Positions 36,623-45,854 of a stretch of 64,000 nt of DNA are shown here, piece after piece. Location: positions 1-64,000 of the IMG/VR virus record IMGVR_UViG_3300032320_002249, one strand, 5' to 3'. A model generated the notes under the pieces. It saw only the letters and a list, made by a program, of their open reading frames with translations, had not been told where the DNA came from and searched no databases. Position 1 is the first letter of the stretch. Each line of letters starts with the position of its first letter. This DNA is from a virus (lineage: Duplodnaviria > Caudoviricetes). Position numbers and translations under genes: made by a program.

Positions 36623-37099
36623 ATGTCTGTTGTTGAATTTTCTCAGTATTCTGTCATCAAGGTTCTTCCTCAGTATGACAATCCCGATAAGATCATTCAA
36701 TTCATTCACCAAAAGATCAATTCTACCAATTGTCTCGATGATCTGTTTGATGAAGACAAACAGGAATTCATTGATAATTACATTCTTTACATTTATCCCA
36801 CCTGGCAAGAACACTATGATGACGTAGATGATTATAGGGAAATGAATAATACCTATTCCTTCCAATCTTCTCCTGACATGTATCTGATTCTGCATGAACC
36901 GGAGAAAGATTACTATAATGTTGAAATCTATAATAAAATCAATACCATTCTTCAGGAGATTCAGGTAGGTCTTAGAGAGGAGAATTGGGTTACTCTCACA
37001 TCCCGCTCAAGCATTGGCGGCACTAATTACTATGATCCAGATGGTAAGTTTGTAGATGTTCATAATCTGTATTCTCAGTATAAGCGTATGACAGCCTGA
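36623..37099 (+). CDS. Acidic hypothetical protein
   Basis: C-terminal GTxYYxxDGK motif shared with 37180. Confidence 0.7.
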   Translation: MSVVEFSQYSVIKVLPQYDNPDKIIQFIHQKINSTNCLDDLFDEDKQEFIDNYILYIYPTWQEHYDDVDDYREMNNTYSFQSSPDMYLILHEPEKDYYNVEIYNKINTILQEIQVGLREENWVTLTSRSSIGGTNYYDPDGKFVDVHNLYSQYKRMTA

Positions 37100-37179
37100 C
37101 AACTGGCACAAGGGGCACTCTGGATTCTTCTAGGGTGCCTTATTCTTATCTCATGCGAACCTTCCCGCACAATCCCACC

Positions 37180-37605
37180 ATGAGCACAACTCTTCCCTCC
37201 GAGTATTCTGCTGTTGCTACCTGCACAATCCCAGAAGGTACACCAACTGCCGAGAGTGTTGCAATGGCAGTTTATGACTTTATTGTAAATCATCCTGAGA
37301 TTAAGATTCCAGAATATACTGAAGAGTTTAATTCTGATGAGTTTTATGAGGAGTTGCTTCCTTATCTTCAAGTTGAAGATAATCTCCTTGTAATCTCTTA
37401 TGACGGGTCTTCTCCAGAAAACGGTAATTGGAGAGACCAGATGTTTAATTTCCTGGTGAATCATTTTGTCACACTTCAGACTTCCGATTACATGATGGTT
37501 GTTTGGCAGACTGGAGATAACTACGGAACTGATTACTATGGGAAAGACGGGAAGATTGATATTGAAGAAGCTATTAAGTTCTATCTGAAGCATAAGAACA
37601 ACTAA
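37180..37605 (+). CDS. Acidic hypothetical protein
   Basis: Paralog motif GTDYYGKDGKID. Confidence 0.7.
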   Translation: MSTTLPSEYSAVATCTIPEGTPTAESVAMAVYDFIVNHPEIKIPEYTEEFNSDEFYEELLPYLQVEDNLLVISYDGSSPENGNWRDQMFNFLVNHFVTLQTSDYMMVVWQTGDNYGTDYYGKDGKIDIEEAIKFYLKHKNN

Positions 37606-37670
37606 TCAATCGGAGGGGTGCCAGTGGTGCCTCTCCGTGCTACAGTTCTCACAGATCACAGGAACCACCT

Positions 37671-37892
37671 ATGGCACTCACTCCTGAACAACACGACGAA
37701 CTGGCTGAGATCTATGCGAATCGTGTTGTAGATAACATGGATGCTAAATCCATGGAAAAACTTCTTTTTGATATGCTTCTTGATTCTTATTCCAGTCAGT
37801 CAGAATGGGAACTCGAAGAGCTTATTCTGGCGACTGATGGTCAAGAATACTATGATGGCCTGGTTCAGTCCGTTACCAATGAGGAAGGCTGA
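37671..37892 (+). CDS. Acidic cyanophage-type small protein
   Basis: L.E.YA..VVD.MD...L pattern; AGGA RBS. Confidence 0.7.
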   Translation: MALTPEQHDELAEIYANRVVDNMDAKSMEKLLFDMLLDSYSSQSEWELEELILATDGQEYYDGLVQSVTNEEG

Positions 37893-38459
37893 TGACACTC
37901 ACTCGCTGGAAAGTCACTCTGATTATTGACATTGAGGAAGGATCCCATCCACGAAAGTTCGTTACCGAATCAATCAATATGGGATTGCATCAGGAAGAAG
38001 ATCTAGTAGATTATCATTTCGAGGAAGTTCCTTCCGATTTTTCCTATCCCAACTAACATGAATTCAGAAACCACAGTTATTGCCAAGGTTGATGACATTA
38101 GTATTGAACAAGATCATGAAAATGGTCTTTGCCACATCATTGATGGAGAAAATGCTATCCGTTTGAGTCTTGAGTACCACCAACTTGAAAGACTGGCTAG
38201 TCAAATCATCAAACCATAATTCTGCGCCCGACAACCCACTCAATTCTGAAATGACTGAATCCAACGCTCTTTTTTACCTTCTCATTTCTCAGATGTATCT
38301 GATGATTGCGAATAAAAATAACCCTGCTTTTCTTTCGCTGTTAGCATGTTTCTGGATTGTGCTTTCTATCGTTGCTTCGGCCACCTGACCAACTGGCACA
38401 AGGGGCACTCTGGAGTCTTCTAGGGTGCCCTACAGTTCTCACAGGTTCACCAAAACGTC

Positions 38460-39092
38460 ATGAATCCACCTCTTTCCTGCGAAATCCCTTTTTCTGGGTT
38501 TTACAATAGTGAGCATGATGCCGCTATTGATCAAGTAACGGATTATTTGTGGGAAGATCTGGATGATACTCTTTTTCAGACTTTCCATAAAAATGTTAAT
38601 TGGCAGAGGGTCAATGATCTTTATGCTAGGGGCTATGTGAAATGGCTTGCAGAAGCCCTCAATACTACCCTGGAGTTTGAGGAATTGCTGTCCCCTAGGG
38701 ACTACAATTTCACAACAGATCGCATCTTCGCTAAGGTCGGATATGGGTTTGTCTTCAGAATGCTCAGTGAGGTTCAGTGCAAAAAACTAGACGAGGTTAT
38801 TGAGGAACGATTCACCAATCGTCCTGGTTTTATATCTCACTATCCCAATAATATTTCTGAATGGCCAAGGCTCATTTCTGAGTGGGACTATAACCATCTT
38901 GGAACTGTCATGGTAGCCTACATGAGAGATAATGAACTTCGGGATACTGATTATGCTGAGTATGCCCTGGAAAAGGATTCTTCTACGGGCTATCTGAAAG
39001 ATTTGATTCTTTCTTGCGCCAATGTTAAGGCTAAGAAAGCCTTTGAGGAAGCAGACTATCTTCCTCTGCGAGAGGAACCTGTGACAGTCTGA
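38460..39092 (+). CDS. Phage hypothetical protein
   Basis: FSGFYNS, SPRxYNFxTDRIF, RFTxRxGFIS motifs. Confidence 0.75.
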   Translation: MNPPLSCEIPFSGFYNSEHDAAIDQVTDYLWEDLDDTLFQTFHKNVNWQRVNDLYARGYVKWLAEALNTTLEFEELLSPRDYNFTTDRIFAKVGYGFVFRMLSEVQCKKLDEVIEERFTNRPGFISHYPNNISEWPRLISEWDYNHLGTVMVAYMRDNELRDTDYAEYALEKDSSTGYLKDLILSCANVKAKKAFEEADYLPLREEPVTV

Positions 39093-39164
39093 TAACCGGC
39101 ACAAGGGGCACTCTGGATTCTTCTAGGGTGCTCTATACTACACTCAGTTACCCAAAGGACTCTC

Positions 39165-39359
39165 ATGAAAACCGTTGCAGAATTGGTAAAAGAACTCCTG
39201 GAACTTCCTCAGGATCTCATTGTGATGGCATTAGATAACATGGGACCCACCACAATCGGATCTTGTCGCACTTATACAGTGACACAAAATGATGAAGACG
39301 ATTCTGGTTCATGTGATGGGCTGGTAGGCAGAGAGATTGTGGTGATTCATATTGATTGA
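39165..39359 (+). CDS. Hypothetical protein
   Basis: MKTVxELxxxLxxLPQD start; cassette gene. Confidence 0.65.
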   Translation: MKTVAELVKELLELPQDLIVMALDNMGPTTIGSCRTYTVTQNDEDDSGSCDGLVGREIVVIHID

Positions 39360-39444
39360 TGTGACACCCTGACAACTGGTACACAAGGCGCTATGGATTC
39401 TTCTAGGGTGCCCTATACTACATTCAGTCAACCAAAAGACTCTC

Positions 39445-39981
39445 ATGCCTGATCTTTCTCAGTACCTCGGCAAAAAGGTCGAGGTTGTTCTTCGTTCTGG
39501 TTATGTATTCACTGGAGAGATTCTCCGAAATGGGACCCCTTATAGTAAATATCCCTTCATGTTTAGGGGAAATACTTATACGAAAACCGGAAACTTTTGG
39601 GACAATCAGAGCATGTCTCACTATGATATTATTTCCATCAAGTCCATTGACGATAAGGATTCTTGTGAAGAAATGAAGCAAGAGCTTCAAGAACTGCGTC
39701 AGAAAGTGTCAGCTCTTCAGCAAGAAATCGACACTCTGAAGAACGCAAAACCGACTATTCCTCATGGCTTTTCACGCAAGGATTGCCTGAAACTTCTGGA
39801 TGGCGAGACTTCTCGATTAACTGTATGTTATGCGTTCCGTTGGGACAAAACTCCACAGGGATACCAATACTGGCAATCTCTTACTGACGACGTTGAAAAG
39901 GGGAAGAGTCTTCCTAAAGAGGCACTGGACTACATCAAAGACATGGTGATTCTCTCTTATCGACAAGAACAGGGAGAGTGA
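39445..39981 (+). CDS. Mosaic protein: DLSxY domain + coiled coil + TPQGxxYW domain
   Basis: N-terminus like 40591, C-terminus like 29988 and 30375. Confidence 0.75.
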   Translation: MPDLSQYLGKKVEVVLRSGYVFTGEILRNGTPYSKYPFMFRGNTYTKTGNFWDNQSMSHYDIISIKSIDDKDSCEEMKQELQELRQKVSALQQEIDTLKNAKPTIPHGFSRKDCLKLLDGETSRLTVCYAFRWDKTPQGYQYWQSLTDDVEKGKSLPKEALDYIKDMVILSYRQEQGE

Positions 39982-40065
39982 TCTAGACACTTCATTCACT
40001 GGCACAAGGGGCCTTGAACTCTCCCAAGGCCCTGCAATACTTGATTTGTACCCGAGAGGTTCTCA

Positions 40066-40515
40066 ATGGCAAGTCTTCAGCTGACCCGCACCATGCTCCA
40101 ATACAATCTTGCAGAGGCTCGTAAGCACGATCCTTCCAACAATCTTTCCTGCCTTGAAAGGCTGCAAGAACTCTATGATGAGTGCAACGGCATTTATCGA
40201 GAAATGGGAGTGGTTGATTATAGCATCAAGGTCTTCATTCCCTTCAAGGTGCGGATGCAAGAGCACCAGGCTGATACCTATCTAGATGAGGCCACAAACT
40301 ACTGGGAACAACTTGGTCCTCTTCAGGTTCAACGTAGGAATCGCAAAGGTGCTAAGCATGGTGGCGATCGGATTGTGACTGTCGAGGGTTACATTCTGCG
40401 TCGGGTTGATACTCATGGTGTTACTCGTTGGTATTCCAATGACTTCAACTGGCACTATAAGAGCTTCAAGGAGTTTCGTGCCATCCTGAAAAACTACTTT
40501 GGGGCGACAGTCTGA
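40066..40515 (+). CDS. Hypothetical protein
   Basis: Cassette gene, GAGG RBS. Confidence 0.7.
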   Translation: MASLQLTRTMLQYNLAEARKHDPSNNLSCLERLQELYDECNGIYREMGVVDYSIKVFIPFKVRMQEHQADTYLDEATNYWEQLGPLQVQRRNRKGAKHGGDRIVTVEGYILRRVDTHGVTRWYSNDFNWHYKSFKEFRAILKNYFGATV

Positions 40516-40590
40516 GAACTGGCACAAGGGGCCTTGAGTAATCCCCAAGGCCCTGTCATACTACATTCAGTCCATCATTCTTCTCTTCTC

Positions 40591-41094
40591 ATGAATTCCG
40601 ATTATCATTGCTCTTGCCCCATTGATCTTTCTCGTTACCTTTACAACAAGAAGGTTAAGATGACTTTTCGAAATGGCGATACTCATGTTGATACGATTGT
40701 TTCGAATACTTCTGGTAGTTTCCAAGAGACACATCCATATCGTTTGTCAAAACGGGAATACAGTTATAGAAAAGATGGATCATATCACGCTCAGGTTGGT
40801 GAGGTTTTTCCCTACGACATTGTAAAAATTGAGCTTGTTGATCAGCCCAAGTATCATCACCTTGAAAAACAGGTGAAGGAAATGCAGAGGCAAATTGAGG
40901 TGACTCAAGCCGAGATTCAGCGTCTCAAGAATGAGGAAGAAAACACTCTTGCGGAGTATTCGGGTTATAGAGTAGTGAAGGAAAACCAAGGGGCTGTGAG
41001 TGGTTCAGTGGTTTTTTATCGCCCGAACGGTGATCGATGTGATCGTCTCCCCTATCATGTGATGATGCAGCTGGCCAAGCAAATGTCCAGCTGA
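40591..41094 (+). CDS. DLSxY domain plus coiled-coil protein
   Basis: Start trimmed past the promoter module. Confidence 0.7.
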   Translation: MNSDYHCSCPIDLSRYLYNKKVKMTFRNGDTHVDTIVSNTSGSFQETHPYRLSKREYSYRKDGSYHAQVGEVFPYDIVKIELVDQPKYHHLEKQVKEMQRQIEVTQAEIQRLKNEEENTLAEYSGYRVVKENQGAVSGSVVFYRPNGDRCDRLPYHVMMQLAKQMSS

Positions 41095-41160
41095 TCAACT
41101 GGCACAAGGGGCCTTGAGTAACTCCCAAGGTCCTGTCATACTACGTTTGTTCCTGGAGCA

Positions 41161-41557
41161 GTGCTCATGAAAAACACCAACGGCGAACCTGTCCTTTCCG
41201 CTGCAAGTGTTCGGGTTTATCGCAATCATCGGGAGAACTGCTGGAGCATCCAGCGCAAGACTTCCAAAGGTTGGAGAGTGTGGCTGCGCTGGGACTATGT
41301 TGTTCTTGACAATGTTGATTTCATTGTCAACAAGGCAGGACAAGATCGTGTCCGAAAAGAGAACAAAAAGTATGTTCATGCCTTTGCCCAAGGTACTCTC
41401 ATGGCGAACACCTTGGGACCGAGAGAGAATGATTCGGGTGAATTATAATCCTTATGATACCGATTTCTTCCAAACTCGTCATGGTGATCTACATAAAGCA
41501 CAACGAGTTTGGTTGACAAATGAGGGTGAAGTTTTCTGCGAGGGTATCACAAAATAG
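41161..41557 (+). pseudogene. Phage hypothetical gene split by a frameshift near 41395-41430
   Basis: VRVYRN...VHAF in one frame and RVNYNPY...F in the +1 frame; recalled as one protein in other phages. Confidence 0.55.
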
Positions 41558-41637
41558 ACACCTTCACAACTGTCACAAGAGGCACTCTGGAGACTTATAG
41601 GGTGCCCTATCCTAAGAGAGTCGATCCCCCAGGAACC

Positions 41638-41793
41638 ATGAAAACGATCTATGTGACCATCAAGGTTCAGATTGAGTCTGATGCTGATGCCCATGAGACC
41701 ATCCAGGAATGTGACTACTCCATGACAGGAGAGGGTATCCTTGGAACGGAGATCATCTCAGTAACAGACGAACACGATGTTTCTGTCTTCTGA
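41638..41793 (+). CDS. Small hypothetical protein
   Basis: AGGA RBS; cassette gene. Confidence 0.55.
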   Translation: MKTIYVTIKVQIESDADAHETIQECDYSMTGEGILGTEIISVTDEHDVSVF

Positions 41794-42133
41794 GGACGGT
41801 TTCTGAACTGGCACAGGGACATCCAGTGTGGTGTCCCAGCTGCTAGGATTACCTCAGTTCACACGATCCAGTGATGACCACCACTGACTACAGCTGGGCA
41901 GAGAACGCCATGCGCTGCTCTGCTGTTCGGGCACAGTCCCTGGTGCCTTATGAGGCACAATCCTGGGCACACTACAGACTGCAGCGGGAGCGTGATACCC
42001 TGCGGGCCTTGATTGATCTGCATGTTCGCCTACACCCCTGCTGAGTTCATGGACGGTCGCTGAACTGGCACAAGGGGCCTTGAGTAACCCCCAAGGCCCA
42101 TCTATTCTGAATCTGTTCTTGAGGAATCAAACG

Positions 42134-42796
42134 ATGGTGAAGTTCATCCTTCGGATTGAAGAGCACGAAGAGTATGGCGGTTTGGGTATTGTTTTCAATA
42201 CCGGCCGGGACTATTTTCAGCCTGCTCTCGATGGTGACATTCTTGCCCATGACATTCTGGAGCATCCTGTTACTCCACATTCCAATGGTTACATTGACGA
42301 ATTGATGGCTTTTGGAGGTATTATTGCAGGGAGAATTACGACTGGTTGGATGACAAGATACGGCAGAAGAGCTACTACTAATTGGATTGTTGATGATGTA
42401 AGATCTCTAGCAGATGCTGCCCTAAATGCTGAAGATAACGTCTGCCCAGAGATTTGCACAAGTTATCTGCAAGATAGCGACCTGATGGATGTGATCAAAA
42501 CGAACGTTCATAAGGGACTTTTGGACGCAGTGAATGAATACGAAGACGAAGACTATACACGCATCCCAGCAGAGTACGATTATGATCTGGAATCTATTGT
42601 CGGTTGGATCTGTCGTGGTTACCAACTATACAGAAAAAGGTTCGGAAACAACGTTTATGATGTATCCAATCACCTCTTTGATAAGATCTCGCTAGTATGC
42701 AATGACTGGTTGAAAGTTGCAGAAGAGGGAGACTTTGCCGAACTCATTATCAACTTTTCCAGCCTCAATGCAGAATTGATCCGCGAAGAGGTTTGA
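42134..42796 (+). CDS. Acidic hypothetical protein
   Basis: GAGG RBS; start trimmed past the promoter module. Confidence 0.7.
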   Translation: MVKFILRIEEHEEYGGLGIVFNTGRDYFQPALDGDILAHDILEHPVTPHSNGYIDELMAFGGIIAGRITTGWMTRYGRRATTNWIVDDVRSLADAALNAEDNVCPEICTSYLQDSDLMDVIKTNVHKGLLDAVNEYEDEDYTRIPAEYDYDLESIVGWICRGYQLYRKRFGNNVYDVSNHLFDKISLVCNDWLKVAEEGDFAELIINFSSLNAELIREEV

Positions 42797-42857
42797 CAAC
42801 TCGGGAGATCTAGTCTAGGATTAGGTCTCCCACTCTCCCCGCAATTCTTCAATCTCG

Positions 42858-43055
42858 ATGGACTCTCAACAATTTCTCTATGAAACTTATCGCAAGTTTC
42901 AACAAGACAATAAGCACCAAAGAATGGGTCAGTTTTACTACAACCAGTTCAGGGATCAGTTTCCTAACATAGAAGTTCCTGAGGAAGCTGATTGTTACTA
43001 TGATGACAAAAAGCTAGTGATTTTCTGTATCTTTGTTGGAAACCAGACACTCTGA
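42858..43055 (+). CDS. Hypothetical protein
   Basis: RxGQFYYN motif; stop lies inside the next IR module. Confidence 0.6.
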   Translation: MDSQQFLYETYRKFQQDNKHQRMGQFYYNQFRDQFPNIEVPEEADCYYDDKKLVIFCIFVGNQTL

Positions 43056-43126
43056 CAACTGGCACAAGGGGCCTTGATCTACTGGCAAGGCCCTGCAAGG
43101 ATAGGTTATCCCAAAGGAGGTTCCTC

Positions 43127-43357
43127 ATACCCATCAAACACATTCTCGCTTCCTGTATTTCTTGTGCTGATGATAAAGGCACAATTTCCTATGGGTTAGC
43201 TCTTACTCTTGTGGAGCACTATAACCTGACCGATCAATTCCAAACCGAATTCGGTATAGCTGGAGACTGGGAAGATGTAGTGGATGATTCACCTATTGGG
43301 CTTGACCTGGGAGAGTTAATTTTGTGGATTTCTGATCGTACCACTCTCAACCGATAA
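43127..43357 (+). CDS. Hypothetical protein with an ATA start (not in ORF track)
   Basis: AAAGGAGG SD 6 nt before ATA; 76 codons open; fills the cassette exactly. Confidence 0.55.
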   Translation: MPIKHILASCISCADDKGTISYGLALTLVEHYNLTDQFQTEFGIAGDWEDVVDDSPIGLDLGELILWISDRTTLNR

Positions 43358-43435
43358 GCAACACTTATCATTCAGGGGTTGACAGGATCAGCCCCATGCC
43401 CTATTCTAAGGAAGTCAACCAAGGGAGGTTTCCCA

Positions 43436-43558
43436 ATGACCAGTTTCCATTTTCGTTCTGTCTGCGATCTCCAGACTCGCCGCCTCATGTGGATCAATGA
43501 GGAAGGCAAGATTGCAGAAGCCTGGGAGTGGGCTGCAATCTGCCGTAGGATGTCCTGA
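43436..43558 (+). CDS. Small peptide (40 aa)
   Basis: Strong SD; manual translation MTSFHFRSVCDLQTRRLMWI... Confidence 0.6.
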   Translation: MTSFHFRSVCDLQTRRLMWINEEGKIAEAWEWAAICRRMS

Positions 43559-43616
43559 ATCATCTCCGGGGGATGCTACAATCATCCCCTATTCCTCATT
43601 CCTTCGCTATCTGATC

Positions 43617-43967
43617 ATGGCAGTTTATCTCAACACCTACGAAACCTGGGAAGCCTATGGCGGCCCTGAGGAAGGTGGATGGTGGTATGAGTGTGGTTCT
43701 CCAGTTCAGTCTCTCCTAATCTCTCACGATGATTATGAGGAATGGATGGAAAACGCAACCGATGAGTTGCTTTCTATGCGTGAAAAAGCAACCTATAACT
43801 ACACCCAAGGCCAGGCCCCCACTCCAATCAAGAATGGTATGGGAGGTTATACTTTCGTCCTGGGTAGTGATACCCCTTCAACCTACCAACGGGATAACAG
43901 CTTTAATTCATGCTTCGAGGAGCATTTTGCAGAGCCTTATCCTAAGGAAAGGCCCCACTACTGCTGA
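43617..43967 (+). CDS. Phage hypothetical protein
   Basis: AYGGPEEGGWWY motif and C-terminal PHYC. Confidence 0.7.
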   Translation: MAVYLNTYETWEAYGGPEEGGWWYECGSPVQSLLISHDDYEEWMENATDELLSMREKATYNYTQGQAPTPIKNGMGGYTFVLGSDTPSTYQRDNSFNSCFEEHFAEPYPKERPHYC

Positions 43968-44000
43968 TTCATTCAATCCACAAATACAGGAAGTTTCCTC

Positions 44001-44489
44001 ATGCTTACCGGATCCAGTCTCCTCTCTATTCATTCTCTCGATCTTCCCCTTAAAGAAAAGACTATCAGGGCTGGATACGGCCCCCGTCCCAATAGAAAAA
44101 CACCACAGTACACTAGGTATTATGAGAACATCCTAAGAGCAGAAGTGCAACGGGATGCAGAGTTGACAGAAGGAAATACAATTGACATGCAAATAGTCAA
44201 TGCAATTCGAAACAAAAACACTACAACTATTGGAAACAGCAAGATTATAGTAAATGGAGAAACCGTCAAGGTACATCTCTATTTTGATGAGATTGCCGTT
44301 ATCTCATACAAAACCAGGAAAGTTCAGGTCTATAGTGTGAACAAGTCCAAGACTATCAAGACCAGGCTAAACCGAATTCTGATGCACTTCACCGGGACTA
44401 AGCTATTCCAAAAAGACCAAAAGTGGTTTATCTCCTCAGCCCTGGAATTACATCCGTTTGATTTTATTATGGAAGTTCCCATGATCTGA
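44001..44489 (+). CDS. Phage hypothetical protein
   Basis: KTRLNxIL...FQKxxxWF motif. Confidence 0.7.
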   Translation: MLTGSSLLSIHSLDLPLKEKTIRAGYGPRPNRKTPQYTRYYENILRAEVQRDAELTEGNTIDMQIVNAIRNKNTTTIGNSKIIVNGETVKVHLYFDEIAVISYKTRKVQVYSVNKSKTIKTRLNRILMHFTGTKLFQKDQKWFISSALELHPFDFIMEVPMI

Positions 44490-44576
44490 CCCATAAGCAA
44501 CACTGATCGTTCAGGGGGTTGACTGGTTCCGGTTTATCCCCTATTCTAAGAGAGTCAACCAAAGGGAGGTTTCCCC

Positions 44577-44939
44577 GTGATCCGCGACGAAGACTACAAA
44601 AAGTATCAGGTTGGTGATCGTACCTTTCCGGGTAAGTTTGCCCCTTATGCTTGGGTTCCTGTTCAATTCTCCGCACGGTACATCTACTGGCTCAATGAGA
44701 TGTTTATGGGAGGGATGATTAACCTTCCATTCAATTATCTTCTCTGCCTGGGTGATTATGCTACCACGATGGATAGCGATGGCGAATACAAGTATGTGGC
44801 AGGTTGGAACAAAAAGGCTATTCTTATGAAGGCCCTGAGTGATGAGGAAGCCAAAGAGTATCAGGAGGCAATTGATGCAGAGGCAGCCTACTTTGCCCAT
44901 CAGGAAATGAGAGCCGAACAAGGATGGTATGATTATTGA
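44577..44939 (+). CDS. Hypothetical protein
   Basis: GTG start after a strong SD in the sigma70 module. Confidence 0.7.
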   Translation: MIRDEDYKKYQVGDRTFPGKFAPYAWVPVQFSARYIYWLNEMFMGGMINLPFNYLLCLGDYATTMDSDGEYKYVAGWNKKAILMKALSDEEAKEYQEAIDAEAAYFAHQEMRAEQGWYDY

Positions 44940-45111
44940 TTAGATCGAGGCCCCTTAATCTAGGGGCCTTTTCTTATGAAATCTCGAAGAGATACTATCA
45001 GATTATCTTATAGGTCTCAATCATCTCATAAGAACTACTAATCAATCAACACTTGACAAAATCACAAATCCTGGTTATTGTATAAGAGTAAACCACAAAG
45101 GAAGGTTTCCA

Positions 45112-45372
45112 ATGGCTGCTGACATCGTTCTGCTCACTAATTCTACCAAAGAGGTTGGTAAGTATATCGTTTATCACGAATGGGATACGGTTCTTGAATG
45201 TGGGGAAATTGACCAATCTACATTTGATACTTTTAAGAAAGCTATTGAAGGTAGATTGTATTATCATGCACTTGTCTGTCATTGTAAAGGCGAAATGGAT
45301 GAGGTTGATAAACAGCTGGAGTCTGATTATGAAGAATACAAGAAAGAGTGGGGCAATACTTATAGCGAATGA
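45112..45372 (+). CDS. Acidic hypothetical protein
   Basis: Cassette gene with SD. Confidence 0.65.
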   Translation: MAADIVLLTNSTKEVGKYIVYHEWDTVLECGEIDQSTFDTFKKAIEGRLYYHALVCHCKGEMDEVDKQLESDYEEYKKEWGNTYSE

Positions 45373-45459
45373 CCCATAAGCAACGCTGATCGTTCTGGGG
45401 GTTGACCTGATCCGGTTGATCCCCTATTCTGTAGAAGTCAACCAAAGGGAGGTTCCCCG

Positions 45460-45774
45460 ATGTTCACCGCACACGATTACACCAAAGAACTCTGTAAAGT
45501 TCTGGAGGATAACTACACTTCCTACAATAATGGGAAGGGTGGTTATACTTTCACAATCGAAGAGGGTAAGAAATACCTCAAAGTTATCATGCACACTGAG
45601 AGAGGGAGCGGCTCAGTTCATTGTTTCGTTGACAAGAATACAGGCGAAGTCTACAAGCCCCAGTCATGGAAAGGTCCTGCAAAGATCGTTCGTTTCTGTC
45701 TACTCAATGAAGAATCCCGCAAAGAGTGTTTTGAGCGGGCAGACTGGGCCGGCGGATACCTCTATCTGAGATAG
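45460..45774 (+). CDS. T4-like phage hypothetical protein
   Basis: KKYxKV...SVHCFVDKxTGxVYKPxSWKxPAKxVR motif. Confidence 0.75.
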   Translation: MFTAHDYTKELCKVLEDNYTSYNNGKGGYTFTIEEGKKYLKVIMHTERGSGSVHCFVDKNTGEVYKPQSWKGPAKIVRFCLLNEESRKECFERADWAGGYLYLR

Positions 45775-45854
45775 TTACAGAATGTTAAGCGGACCCCTCC
45801 GGGTCCGCTCGTTCCATGCTAGGATTCCAGAGTCAACCACAGGGAGGTTCCCCG

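Larger units (their letters stand above)
37101..43100 (+). repeat. Dispersed ~50-bp intergenic module: AACTGGCACAAGGGGC + hairpin + -10
   Basis: Copies at about 37101, 38391, 39094, 39374, 39998, 40517, 41097, 41568, 41806, 42064, 43057. Confidence 0.9.

Noticed and set aside
42134-42796. AHDILEH as a zinc metalloprotease motif
   Set aside because: It does not match HExxH spacing; insufficient support
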